Source: Mayamaea pseudoterrestris (lineage: Eukaryota). Taken from it: a stretch of 64,000 nucleotides of DNA. The stretch covers positions 620,001 to 684,000 of the forward strand of contig BROI01000005.1 in assembly GCA_027923505.1 (NCBI GenBank), written 5' to 3'. Below the pieces are notes generated by a model that was not told the origin of the DNA, ran no database searches, and saw nothing but the letters and a program-made list of their open reading frames with translations. Within the stretch, counting starts at the first letter, position 1, and each line of letters opens with the position of its first letter. Positions 42,430 through 52,964 of this stretch are shown piece after piece. A program made the position numbers and the translations under genes.

Positions 42430-45400
42430 ATGTCCCCCAAAACTCGAAACCAGCGCCGCGCTAAAGCTCAGTTTGCGCGCATCATGCGAGAGCGAACCGT
42501 GGAACGGATTCTAGAGGAGGAACAAGCCAAGCAGCAACAAAAGCAATACTTGGAGGGAGTCAATCAGAAGCGAGATGAACGCTTGACGAAAACAGTGTTC
42601 GTTGCAAATGTGAGGGATTTAGACGTCGAATACAATTTTCAAACGTTGCGGTCCTTCATCGAAACAAACTACGGTCCGTTGGAAGTGTACACCAAGGAAC
42701 GATGGGGCAGATCGCGTGGTGGACAAAAGTCGTACCCTCGAGCAAGACTTGTCTTTCAGAAAGCAGTTGACGCGCAAAAGCTGTTTGGAGGAACCGTCTT
42801 GGCGCAAGTGAGTGGCCCAGCGCTGATCCGATGCAGCCTTGGTTGCAAGCAGGGAATGATCACAGTGCATGCAGCAAAGCAGCGCTATGCAGATTCTTGG
42901 CGACACGACGAAGCTTTGAAGGGTGAAGTCATTTGCTTTCAAGCCAAGAGTCTGGCGCTCGGACATTATTGTCCAGACGATCATGACATGTATTGGAATA
43001 CAGTAGACGAGGCGCATGAGTTCGATGCTGAGGAATGGGTCGAAGAAATCTGCTTGCGGCAAACATGCCAAGTTCAAGTTGATCTCTTGGAGCGTACGTT
43101 TGAAATCAGCACAGCCTACAAGCCATCGGCAGCGTCTCACAATGATCCCGACGATCTCGCTAAAATTTTTGGCCTTTCAGCATTACTTGCAGATTTTGGC
43201 AATCCCACAGACACTGTCATGAGTTTCAGGTTCAAGGAGCTACGCCATCATATCGAGATTTGCAAAGAAAGTGATGACGCAAAACGGTTGTCGCTCATCT
43301 TTGTGCTCAAACATCCACCAAAAATTGAAAATATTGTACCAGACCTCTGTCTGTCTGGTTTAGACGACAGGGAACCACAGCGGGTCCGGTGCATAAGCTA
43401 CCCTGGCATTGACCGCGCTTTTTTCAATCGATGCCGTGCATTCAAGCTTTCGCTAGATGAATGTAGTCTTAGTCAGCTTTCTCGGCATGAAAGATTCACA
43501 AGACTCTTCGATTTTGGTCTATTGCGCAAGACGTTACGCCCTTACCGCACCGCCATTGATGATTTGATCCACAGTCTTCGCTCCATTGTAATGACCAGCA
43601 AGGAGCTCTGCGCGGGCTTGGCTCGCCTTCACCAATATTTGCGAAAAGTTCATGACACTGACGATCGTGCAGGTAAGCAATCTGGGAGATCTCGTGGTTC
43701 ATAAGTGCAATATTCGCTCATAATATGTTGTAACTTATTGCAGGTATTATTCTACGTGCCGCGCTTGATCAGCGCCGCTTTTCATGGTATCACCTTCTTC
43801 GTGATCAAGATAGCTCTGGTACTCTTTGTGATACGATTATAGACTCTCTTGTACGCGGGAAAGCCATGCAGGTAAGAAATGTCGGGGACGAGGACACGAT
43901 TGTAAATCTGCAATACGTTGCTTATATGCGTCAATCGACAGGTTCTTCGCCGGGTGGTCGACACTGATGGTGGATGTACAAAGCACCCTTTAAAGCTTTA
44001 TCAGACTGTCGCTGCCGAAACTGTAACCGACGCCGAATTGGTTACCAGTATACCCGACTATTGCTTGCAAATACCCAGGCTTTTATTGACACCATGCCAA
44101 GAAACTGTCTTGGGTTACGAGACAGAAATGAGCAACCGAGTTTTGCGAGATTTTGTAAATACCAAAGGATTTTCTCCTAGCTCTTTCATGCGAGCTTCCG
44201 TTGCGGACGAGAATGGACAACAGCTTTTTGGCATAGATCTGTCACGCGAGGTGGAATCGTTGTTTAAAAGCATACTCTTGTCCGGTCTTAAAATAAATGG
44301 GCATACATACCAATTTCTTGCATACTCATCCAGTCAGTTGAAAGAATGCTCGTTGTGGTTAGTGAAGCCGGAAGGCAATTGGACGGTCAAAAGGATGCGT
44401 CATGAATTTGGTGATTTTAGCCATTGCAAGTCAGCCTCTAAATACGCTGCGAGGGTTGGACAATGTTTCTCCACCACGTATAAGTCGATATCGGCTGGCT
44501 ACACGGGCTCGCGCTTTGGTGGTGCACGGCTGCAACATGCACTGATTCCTGACATTCCTGGTCAAGGTCACTTCCTTGAAAAGTTTCATACGGATGGAAC
44601 GGGTGTCATATCGCGAGCTTTAATGGACGAACTTTTGCGACAGGTTCCTTTCGGCCCAAAAGATCCTCGAGACACTTCAATTATCCAGATTCGTTACGGC
44701 GGAGCGAAAGGAACGTTGACTGCCTGGGACGCACCAACTATGACGAAATTGCTTGGCAGATCCGGTATGGACGTATTACTACGCGAATCAATGATCAAGT
44801 TCGATACTGCGTACGAGGAAATTGAAATCTGTGCCGTCGGCAAAAGCATTCCTTACTATTTGAACCGCAATGTAATTTTGATATTGAGCTGCTTGGGCAT
44901 TTCGGATGTGAATTTCCTAAATATTCAACGGAAAATGCTTGACGACCTTGATGCCATGCTTGTCTCATCTGACAAAGCACGAGAGTTGCTACCACGACTT
45001 TTAGGACCCGACACTACTATCAGATCTGTTTTACATGACATGCTGTCATCCGGACTTGAGCCCCAAGATGAGCCCTTTCTCTTTTCGTGTCTTCATGCGA
45101 TAAGGTCGCATCATCTATTTGCTCTCAGAAAGAAAACTCGCATTTTTGTGGCAGATGGCGCGGTTCTGAGGGGTGGAATTGACGAATCTGGAATGTTGCC
45201 TGAAGGGTGCGTCTATGTCCACCGCGCCCAGTGCCGGGAGCCCGGCGCCTCGGGCGACGAAGGCGTTGTTCTTGGTCCAGTCTTAGTGACGAAGCACCCT
45301 GTCATGCATGTTGGAGACGTTCGAATGCTTTGTGCTGTCAATGTTCCGGCCCTCCGTCACCATCGAAACATCATCCTGTTTAGCCAAAAAGGCATACGAC

Positions 45401-46626
45401 CAGAGCCAGATAAGATGGCTGGTAGCGATCTTGATGGTGACGAATTCGCTGTTACGTGGGATGCTAGACTTTTTTTACGGGGCTGGGATACAATCCCGGC
45501 TCCTTGTCCCAGTGACTCATTGAGCGTTTGTGCTTCTTATGCAATGCAACTTCAATGCTTTAATCAAGCGCCTCTGGACTATGCAGATCCTACCGGGACA
45601 CCTCCGGAATTTCCAAATGAATTTGAAGCTCAAAACCAAGCTCTGGTCGAGCATTTCATAAAGCATGCCAAAACAAACAATTTGGGCCGAATCGCTATGC
45701 TATGGCAAGATCATGCATCGCGAAGTGGCGCCAATTGCAGCCAGTGCCACGAACTTGCTAGATTGCATAGTATAGCAGTCGATTTTCCAAAGTCTGGGAT
45801 TCCCGCCTCACTTCCCGACAGTTTGCTTTTAAAACGCGACCAGGAGCGGGCTCATTGGCGCGAGCAAAAGCGGTATCCCGTGTTTATCTGCCAAAATGTC
45901 GTCGGTCGGCTCTACGATGAAGTCATCCGCCGAGATGTAACAGACAGAAGCATGAAGGCACTGAAAGCGTTTGCAGGGCGGGACTCGAATCGTTATGGGC
46001 AGATCCTTCCTTATTGCAGCCGTCGCGATTCCATGCAACAACTTGAAGCAGTGTATGACTCATCCATCCCCACTCTACTTGGTTTTAACGATGAAAATGA
46101 TGCACTCCTCACAATCGGCAGCGAGCACTACGAGTGGTATGAAGAAGAAGTCGCCAGTTTGGTAAACCGTTTCAAAATTAATTGTGAAGGTGAACTGACA
46201 ACTGGATGCATCCGCAAACTGCATAAGCTGCATCGACGCAGAGAGCACGAGGTCTCGGAAGAGATACGTCGCACTTTGAGACAGATTCGTATTGATTATC
46301 GAAGACGCTTTGCGGCTTCTGTTCTTCGCCTTATAGAAGTTTGTACCACTTGGCATGAAGGCGATGCATTGGAGGCGGGTTACTCCGAAGATCTTATCGA
46401 CTCAGTTTTTGAAATAGCGACGAGCAAATCAGCCAATCATTTTGATGCCAAGCAGTTAATGCTCAGACAGACTGCTTTTCGATTGGCTGCGGCGTACTAC
46501 ATTGTCGCTTATTCGCTTGATTGGCGAGAGCAAGGGAATAGGATTTCTGTTCGCTTCGGCTTTCCATGGGTCGTTTGCTCTGATGTCATCTACGCCGGAT
46601 TATTGGAAGCCTCTCATCGCAACTAA
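42430..46626 (+). CDS. RDR: Cellular RNA-dependent RNA polymerase (RNA silencing), with N-terminal RRM-like domain; exons 42430-43672, 43744-43871, 43942-46626
   Basis: SNRVLR, FLAYSSSQLK, KYAARVGQCFS, TDGTG, QIRYGGAKG, KHPVMHVGDVR, MAGSDLDGDEFAVTWD, LHSIAVDFPKSG, FGFPW. Two GT-AG introns join the two ORF-track segments. Confidence 0.93.
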
Positions 46627-46729
46627 AGCATCTAGTAACACATACCGGTACGCACTGCTTTATCCAATTGCACTGTGTGCTAATAAACAACATGTTTTAT
46701 CCTTTCCACTATTGACGATCTTTCTATCA

Positions 46730-48793
46730 TTACTTCTTCCGACTACTTTTCTTCGATACTACACCAGTACCAGAGACTGACAAATGCGCCGTGCTCTTGC
46801 CGCCGCTCCCACTTGCATCACCATTGGCTCTCGCCTGCTGTCGCGCCACCACGTCAAGTTTCTGAGACTCCTTTTCGCTCACGCCGCTGCCCTGCGCTCC
46901 TCGATGCACATGGTTTTGCTGCTGCTGCTTGGCACGTCGCTTGCGATTGTGAGAGCGCTCGTACTTTGGCAACCATCGCTCCGGATCGGGAGGAACGGGG
47001 CGATCCACACGATGCAAGCCTTGTGCCGCAAGCTTGTCGAGATGGGCCTGGCGCTGACGAGAACGCCGGCGAAGAATGGCGTCGTGAGACTTTTTTGTGT
47101 CTTTTTCAGGAGTAGTGGATTGCTGATTCAGATCGTCATTGGTGCTCGTTGCCAGTGTGCGCATCTTGCTCGATGTCAAGCGAGGCAACTCCTGACGCTC
47201 CAACTCTGCTCCGTTAAATTGATCCAAAACATTCTCGTCATGCACCGTGATTTCGCCCTTTGCCTGCTGCCACATTTCCAAGGCACGGTCCGGATCAACA
47301 TGCGACAGCGCTCGCACCAGCTTGGCGCGCGTAGTGGCGTCTGCATTCGGATCGTCCTTCAGCTCTTGCTCGTAGCGCTCCACTGCCTGCGCATATTCGC
47401 CATGCGCCATGTACCAATCGCCGTTCCGCTCCGCTGCGCCCAACGTATACTGCATGCCAACGCGTGACTGCAGCGACACTGGAACGGAATTTACCGTCAG
47501 CGGTTCACGCATATGCAGCATGAGGTACAGGATTGCTTCGTCGCGCACCGCACAAGCGTTTAGCGCTCGCAGCTTGTCCAAAGTGGTGCGCAGCAGCTGC
47601 AGACTCTTGTTTGTGTGACTCGTCGCGTTGGTTGGATCATCGTGCGACGATGCTAATGGCTCTTCATCGTTCTCGCTAGCCGCTACTACAGTAGTTTCGT
47701 CGCAGTAGTAGAGCAATACATTTAGGCGAGCCTGCCACCAAAGACTTTGCGCAACGTTCAGCTCTTGTTGCTTCAACTGCTTGCTCTTGTCAAACCACTG
47801 CGCGAACATCTCCTTGACCGTCGCGCGGCAAGCGTCATGGTTCTTGGCGCGCAGCTGCAGACACGCCAGGTTGTAGCGGTAGATGCGCGTCTGCAGATTC
47901 GTCCACTTTTTATGGATTGGCGGCAGTTGCTCGAGCGTTTGGCGCGCGTCGTCCACACCAGCGAGCGTTTGATTGTGCTGGTGCACTGCATGCAGAGCGG
48001 TCGATGAGGAGAGTGGCAATGTCGTCGTCGACTTGTGCACACTGCCCCGCCAGTAACTTGCGGCGGCCTGCAAGGCCGCGCGCGCATGCGCTCGTTCATG
48101 TTCGTCGCCTGCCATTTGCAGCGCCACACGGAGCGGCCGCAAATCGTTGGATTCGATGGCGCGCAGAATGCCGTGGTTCAAAGCAACGTCCGGCTCGGTC
48201 GCCAGCAGCGACTCGAAATTGTCGACTAGTTGTGTGACATCATTCGTCGCTGACTGGCAGCAGTAGGGTGTCGCGACGGATGCTTGCGCCGCCAAATAGT
48301 TTGCAACTAGCTGCGCCCGCACTTGGTCGTTGGTAACAGACTCCTCGTCACGAGTCAAGAGTGTTTCGTATAGCTGAATTGCCGCACTGGACTGCTTCAT
48401 ATGGTAGAGCGACTGCGCCCTTAAGTGCGCGTGTAACATTTCCGTGCTACTGCTGCTGCCGCCATTCGAGTCATTGGATACCAACTGTAACACTTGTTCG
48501 TACTTGCTCAGTCGATACAAAATGTAGGCACGATCAATGGAACATGACGAATGATGCAACTGCTTCTGCTGCTCGTCCAGTGTCTGCTCTAGCGCCGATA
48601 CGTCATTGAGCTCCAGTAGCGTCTTGACGTGACAGTCTTGAAGTGCTGGAAGCAAATCATTCAAGTCTTTCACAAGCGACGGTCCGACGAGAATTTGCTT
48701 GGCCTTGCCGTAATCTTCGGCCTGCAAGGCTGCCACGAGAGACTTTAATTGATCCAGTTGCTCGGGAGTGACGACTCTTGATGTCGTTGTCAT
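46730..48793 (-). CDS. SRP72: Signal recognition particle subunit SRP72
   Basis: TPR-like N-terminus (DRAYILYRL, HLRAQSLY); C-terminal PDPERWLPKYERS...RGAQG. Confidence 0.88.
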   Translation of the reverse strand: MTTTSRVVTPEQLDQLKSLVAALQAEDYGKAKQILVGPSLVKDLNDLLPALQDCHVKTLLELNDVSALEQTLDEQQKQLHHSSCSIDRAYILYRLSKYEQVLQLVSNDSNGGSSSSTEMLHAHLRAQSLYHMKQSSAAIQLYETLLTRDEESVTNDQVRAQLVANYLAAQASVATPYCCQSATNDVTQLVDNFESLLATEPDVALNHGILRAIESNDLRPLRVALQMAGDEHERAHARAALQAAASYWRGSVHKSTTTLPLSSSTALHAVHQHNQTLAGVDDARQTLEQLPPIHKKWTNLQTRIYRYNLACLQLRAKNHDACRATVKEMFAQWFDKSKQLKQQELNVAQSLWWQARLNVLLYYCDETTVVAASENDEEPLASSHDDPTNATSHTNKSLQLLRTTLDKLRALNACAVRDEAILYLMLHMREPLTVNSVPVSLQSRVGMQYTLGAAERNGDWYMAHGEYAQAVERYEQELKDDPNADATTRAKLVRALSHVDPDRALEMWQQAKGEITVHDENVLDQFNGAELERQELPRLTSSKMRTLATSTNDDLNQQSTTPEKDTKKSHDAILRRRSRQRQAHLDKLAAQGLHRVDRPVPPDPERWLPKYERSHNRKRRAKQQQQNHVHRGAQGSGVSEKESQKLDVVARQQARANGDASGSGGKSTAHLSVSGTGVVSKKSSRKK

Positions 48794-49085
48794 TGCTACT
48801 GTAGTATATTCTTTCCAGTCTATAATATTTTAAGTTCAATAACATACAAGAAAAATGCAAGATAAAGGCGAATGTGACGGACGACCGCTCGTTCGTGCCA
48901 GGTCGCAACAAGCGTCAGTGCCGGTACGATGTTTTATACACGGTGCGACGTTTTAACGAAACTGATTCATTCGACGTCATGTCGCTACGGTACTCGTCAA
49001 CATGCATCATCGGTCGACCATGGCCGCGCAAGGGAAACGATCGTCGGCTCTCACTTGCCCTTGGGGCGCATAAATTCGTTGCACC

Positions 49086-51203
49086 ATGAACGACGGCTGG
49101 GAAGACGACGACGACTTGGATTTACTTGACGATGATGTTACGCAGGACGCTGAGACGGCTGCGCCACCACTGCAATCAGCAGCAGCACTGCTTCATCAAC
49201 AATTTACGAACGATAATCTTTTTGAAGATGGTAATCTACCTGAAAATGCGTGGGAGGAGGAGGATGCCATTTTGGATCTTGTCATTGATGAAGATGAGAT
49301 AAACGGTGAAGTAGCAGCAGCAGTCGGCAGATCGGAGGAAGAGCTACCAGATGGAAGCAACAAATACAACCACGAAGACATAACGCCAGAAATATCGCAG
49401 CAGCAGCAGCCAATTGACTCCCAGGATGACTCCGCTGCAGTAAACGAATTATACACGGAACTGCATGACTACATGGTTTCGCTGCCAAATCTCGCTGCGG
49501 CGGTGAATGACACCTTTCGCAACGACTACAATACCGGTGCCAAGGCGCATGAACTAGTCGAGTACTACGGCAGTCGCCCCCATCTCGCGCAATACACCAT
49601 TGAGACGGAACTGCCGCGCATGAACTATGTTTTGACGGACATTGACTATAGCCAATGGAGTAGTAATAGCAGCAGTAGCAGCAGCAAGCATCATGATTCT
49701 GCGACGGAAGCATTGGCAACTCGTTTGAAACGAGCGGCGGAAACGCATGCGCTGCTCGTGCGGAGCGCCAATCAGTCACTACTGGCGGATCCGCTGCAAG
49801 TGTTAATGACAACGACGAGTTCAAAACACAGTCATGGCAGCACTACCATGATTCGCACCGACTATGGTATGACATGCGTGGCAACCAACGTCAATATCAA
49901 CTTGCATCTACCGTCACCATCCATGGTGCAGCTGCAGGCGGAGCTGCAAGTCTTGGTGCCCACCAAACATGGTGAGCGCCGCGTCGTTGGATGCTTGCAG
50001 TTGAACGTGGCCTTTGCGCCATCTCATGGTACTAGTTGCGCGGTGATTGAATATAAACTGGCGCACGTGGCACTGGCGGACGATTTTCAAGACGCACTGC
50101 TACCATGGGCGCGCTGTCTAATGGAGCAGCGTCGCTTCGACGTGGAACTCGACGGCAACAACGACGCTTGGTCGCCGCATCAAAATGGCAGTGTCGCACA
50201 TGACGTGCGCGACTCCTTGGTGCAGCAGTCTCACTTGCTGCTCCAAACCACTGGCATGCAGGCGGCCTGGACGGAAGTGAAAGTGGCGACGAACAAGCTG
50301 CCGGCGTTTTTGCCGCATGACGTGTTGCAGGAGGCCATGTTGGAGGAGGAGCGGCACAGTCATGAGCAGCAACGACAGCAGCAGCAGCAGCGACGTCAAC
50401 AGCAACATCAACAATCAATGCCGGACCATCGTCCAACCAGTATATTGGGAGGGTTGGTCAAAAAGGGATGGACGCAATTGGCCAACTCGGTGGCGTTGCC
50501 CGAGGAGGATGAATCCTTATATCAAGCCTGGCAACCGCAACCGCTCGCACAACAACAACTAGTGAGTCCTCTTAACGGTATTCCAGAGCAAGGTTTGCAA
50601 TTGTACCGACAGGAGAATTTTATTCACTTGGCGACACATGCCGGTGAAAGGCCACAAAACCCATTTAAAAGGCAGTCACAAGATGTTTTGCACGAAACAA
50701 ACGAACAGCACCTAAAGCAGACTGTGTCATTTCCTCCTTCGCTTACGTTATATCGCCAGGATAATGATGGGCAGAAGCAAACAACTGCTTCGAATGCATC
50801 TGAACGACGAGGTCACATTTTTGACATTCCGCCATTTCAGCAGGAGCAAAGTAAAGGTTTACAACTTTATCGCAAATCAGATGAGCCATTATCAATGCAG
50901 CCAAATATTCACCTGCATTCCCAAAGAAACGCGGAACGCGACATGAAGTTTGAAACTTTGAAAGACGTGGTGCCGGACGGGTGGGACGATGACGTTGACG
51001 TTGCAATCGACGATGGCGATGATATTGACAACCTCAAGGAGCAAGATAATAAGGCGGTTGCATTGTCCAAATCCACGTCTGCCATTGACGATCCGTTTGG
51101 TTTTGTGACACTGAATTTCAAGTACGATCCAGTGACGGACATTCGACCGACGCGCAAACGCTGGGTCAATCCGTTTCCTGGTCCGCGGCGGCTGCAGCCA
51201 TGA
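49086..51203 (+). CDS. Hypothetical protein with acidic termini and Q-rich tracts
   Basis: Uninterrupted 705-aa ORF, divergent from SRP72; no family recognised. Confidence 0.7.
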   Translation: MNDGWEDDDDLDLLDDDVTQDAETAAPPLQSAAALLHQQFTNDNLFEDGNLPENAWEEEDAILDLVIDEDEINGEVAAAVGRSEEELPDGSNKYNHEDITPEISQQQQPIDSQDDSAAVNELYTELHDYMVSLPNLAAAVNDTFRNDYNTGAKAHELVEYYGSRPHLAQYTIETELPRMNYVLTDIDYSQWSSNSSSSSSKHHDSATEALATRLKRAAETHALLVRSANQSLLADPLQVLMTTTSSKHSHGSTTMIRTDYGMTCVATNVNINLHLPSPSMVQLQAELQVLVPTKHGERRVVGCLQLNVAFAPSHGTSCAVIEYKLAHVALADDFQDALLPWARCLMEQRRFDVELDGNNDAWSPHQNGSVAHDVRDSLVQQSHLLLQTTGMQAAWTEVKVATNKLPAFLPHDVLQEAMLEEERHSHEQQRQQQQQRRQQQHQQSMPDHRPTSILGGLVKKGWTQLANSVALPEEDESLYQAWQPQPLAQQQLVSPLNGIPEQGLQLYRQENFIHLATHAGERPQNPFKRQSQDVLHETNEQHLKQTVSFPPSLTLYRQDNDGQKQTTASNASERRGHIFDIPPFQQEQSKGLQLYRKSDEPLSMQPNIHLHSQRNAERDMKFETLKDVVPDGWDDDVDVAIDDGDDIDNLKEQDNKAVALSKSTSAIDDPFGFVTLNFKYDPVTDIRPTRKRWVNPFPGPRRLQP

Positions 51204-51288
51204 TTTTAAGTATATCTATATCGTATACATCAATATGGATTTATGCATGTATGAATAAATTACGTTAGAACTCTTCATTGTGCTCTTG

Positions 51289-52680
51289 TTACTCATATTC
51301 ATTGCCTGACAGAGCACCAAACAATGCCTCTTGTCCTTCGGGCGATTGAAGCATCAAGGCATGATCATGATGCACGTTAGCAACGACCAAGCGATGATGA
51401 AACTGATGTCCATACACTTGTTTGATGGATGCAAAAAAGTGTTCGCTCCGTTGGCGACGAAACGGCCCCTGCAGTTGCGCTTGACAGTCGCCGTTCAACA
51501 AAACGTCGAGCTCGCCAGCCAAATACACCACGTCTCGTTGAATGTAGCGTCGCACCACGGCATCCACGCCACCAGCGTCTCGAATGGCTTGATTCTTGTA
51601 CGGCGTTGGGAGAAAATCTCCTTCACCAAGACCCCACTCCCACTCGTTGTAGCTGGTGCAGTTGCCAATCTCGTCACGCGTCGGCAGCCGCAAGGTTCCT
51701 TGCAAATATCGTCTTGCATCCAAGTAGCAAAAGCTCTTTGGATTGGCCACCACGATGCGCAGCTTGAGCAATGGACTCGTGAGAGCAAAGCAGTTGGAAA
51801 GCAACGCCCATCGCTGCGCATACTGCCCGCCGGCCGAGTGGCCTGCCACAATCACGTTGCGTAACTTTGGAAACTGCATAATGCTCGTGGCAACGTAATC
51901 CAGCAAAACATCCACGGCAGCGTAGGCACTCACGGGAGCATTCATGGCGTCGGCGCCATATCGCCAAGTATGATAGATTGGTCCGTTCTCGTCCTCCCAA
52001 TAGAGTGGTTCACTGCTGCTATCACTGCTGCTATCACTGCTGCTGCTGCTCGCTGCTGCTGCTTGGCTGCCGGGCGCCAAGAACCATGGCGCAACTATAA
52101 GTGTCGTGTCGGGATCTGGAGTCGCAGCATGCGCGGCGCATATATAGTCGTCCGCGTTTCGCCCCGATCCATGAATAACCACCAGTAACGTCTCCACCAT
52201 CAAGTGCTGCTGGAGCGTGGCAGCGTCTGCGGCGTGGAGTGATCCCATGGTGGATAGATAGGCCAATGGAGGAATGTTTGGTGCAATCGGTAAACCATAA
52301 ATCTCCTGCAACACGTTACTTGCGACGGAGCAAAGTTGGTAACGTGGCACTCGATCCGGTAGTTCATCGTTTTCGGCATCCACCTTTTCACAGAACAATT
52401 CCGGCAATGTGCCGACTGCATTGTCGTCTCGACGTTGCGCACACGCAAAACCCTCACCACATCCGGTGACTCCCATGGCGTCGCAGCAAACTCCTTTCGT
52501 TTCGTCATGTCCCGAGACGCAGGTGAATGACCCATCAGTCGTTGTTGGACAGCACGTGTTGCCGTCGGGACAGACGCTGGAGCTGGAAGCATCGCAGGCA
52601 TGCCAGGCATGAGAAACTTTGACTAGAAAGATTGCAATGACGATAAGGCAAGCAGCAGCTGGCCGGAGAATGACTTTCAT
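51289..52680 (-). CDS. Secreted alpha/beta hydrolase with N-terminal granulin-like Cys-rich domain
   Basis: Signal peptide; C..CPDGNTCC...C...CC....GC..GFAC; IHGSGRNADDY, nucleophile elbow GHSAGG, VANP, LAGELD, HDH. Confidence 0.8.
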   Translation of the reverse strand: MKVILRPAAACLIVIAIFLVKVSHAWHACDASSSSVCPDGNTCCPTTTDGSFTCVSGHDETKGVCCDAMGVTGCGEGFACAQRRDDNAVGTLPELFCEKVDAENDELPDRVPRYQLCSVASNVLQEIYGLPIAPNIPPLAYLSTMGSLHAADAATLQQHLMVETLLVVIHGSGRNADDYICAAHAATPDPDTTLIVAPWFLAPGSQAAAASSSSSDSSSDSSSEPLYWEDENGPIYHTWRYGADAMNAPVSAYAAVDVLLDYVATSIMQFPKLRNVIVAGHSAGGQYAQRWALLSNCFALTSPLLKLRIVVANPKSFCYLDARRYLQGTLRLPTRDEIGNCTSYNEWEWGLGEGDFLPTPYKNQAIRDAGGVDAVVRRYIQRDVVYLAGELDVLLNGDCQAQLQGPFRRQRSEHFFASIKQVYGHQFHHRLVVANVHHDHALMLQSPEGQEALFGALSGNEYE

Positions 52681-52964
52681 GGTTAGAAATTGCAGTGTTT
52701 GGATTCATAATGAAGGTTCCGGCCGAAACGACGAATCGCTGATCATATTGAGTGACGGTACGACTTGTATTTTGATGCTACCTTGACCGAGGGAGATCTC
52801 TCTCAACCTGCCTTTGCGGTGCAACAGGATTAGATGCGACGTAAAGATTAAGAAAAGATTGTATAGGTTGGTGTTTGACTAAATACCCAAAAGGTTGCTT
52901 TAAACAGTAATTTACGCAAATGAATCGCAAACTTTAAAAAAACGCCGCGCCACATGCAGTTATA

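Noticed and set aside
43918..46626. RdRP as an endogenous viral element
   Set aside because: It has the cellular DLDGD-type motifs and spliceosomal introns, not viral GDD palm motifs.
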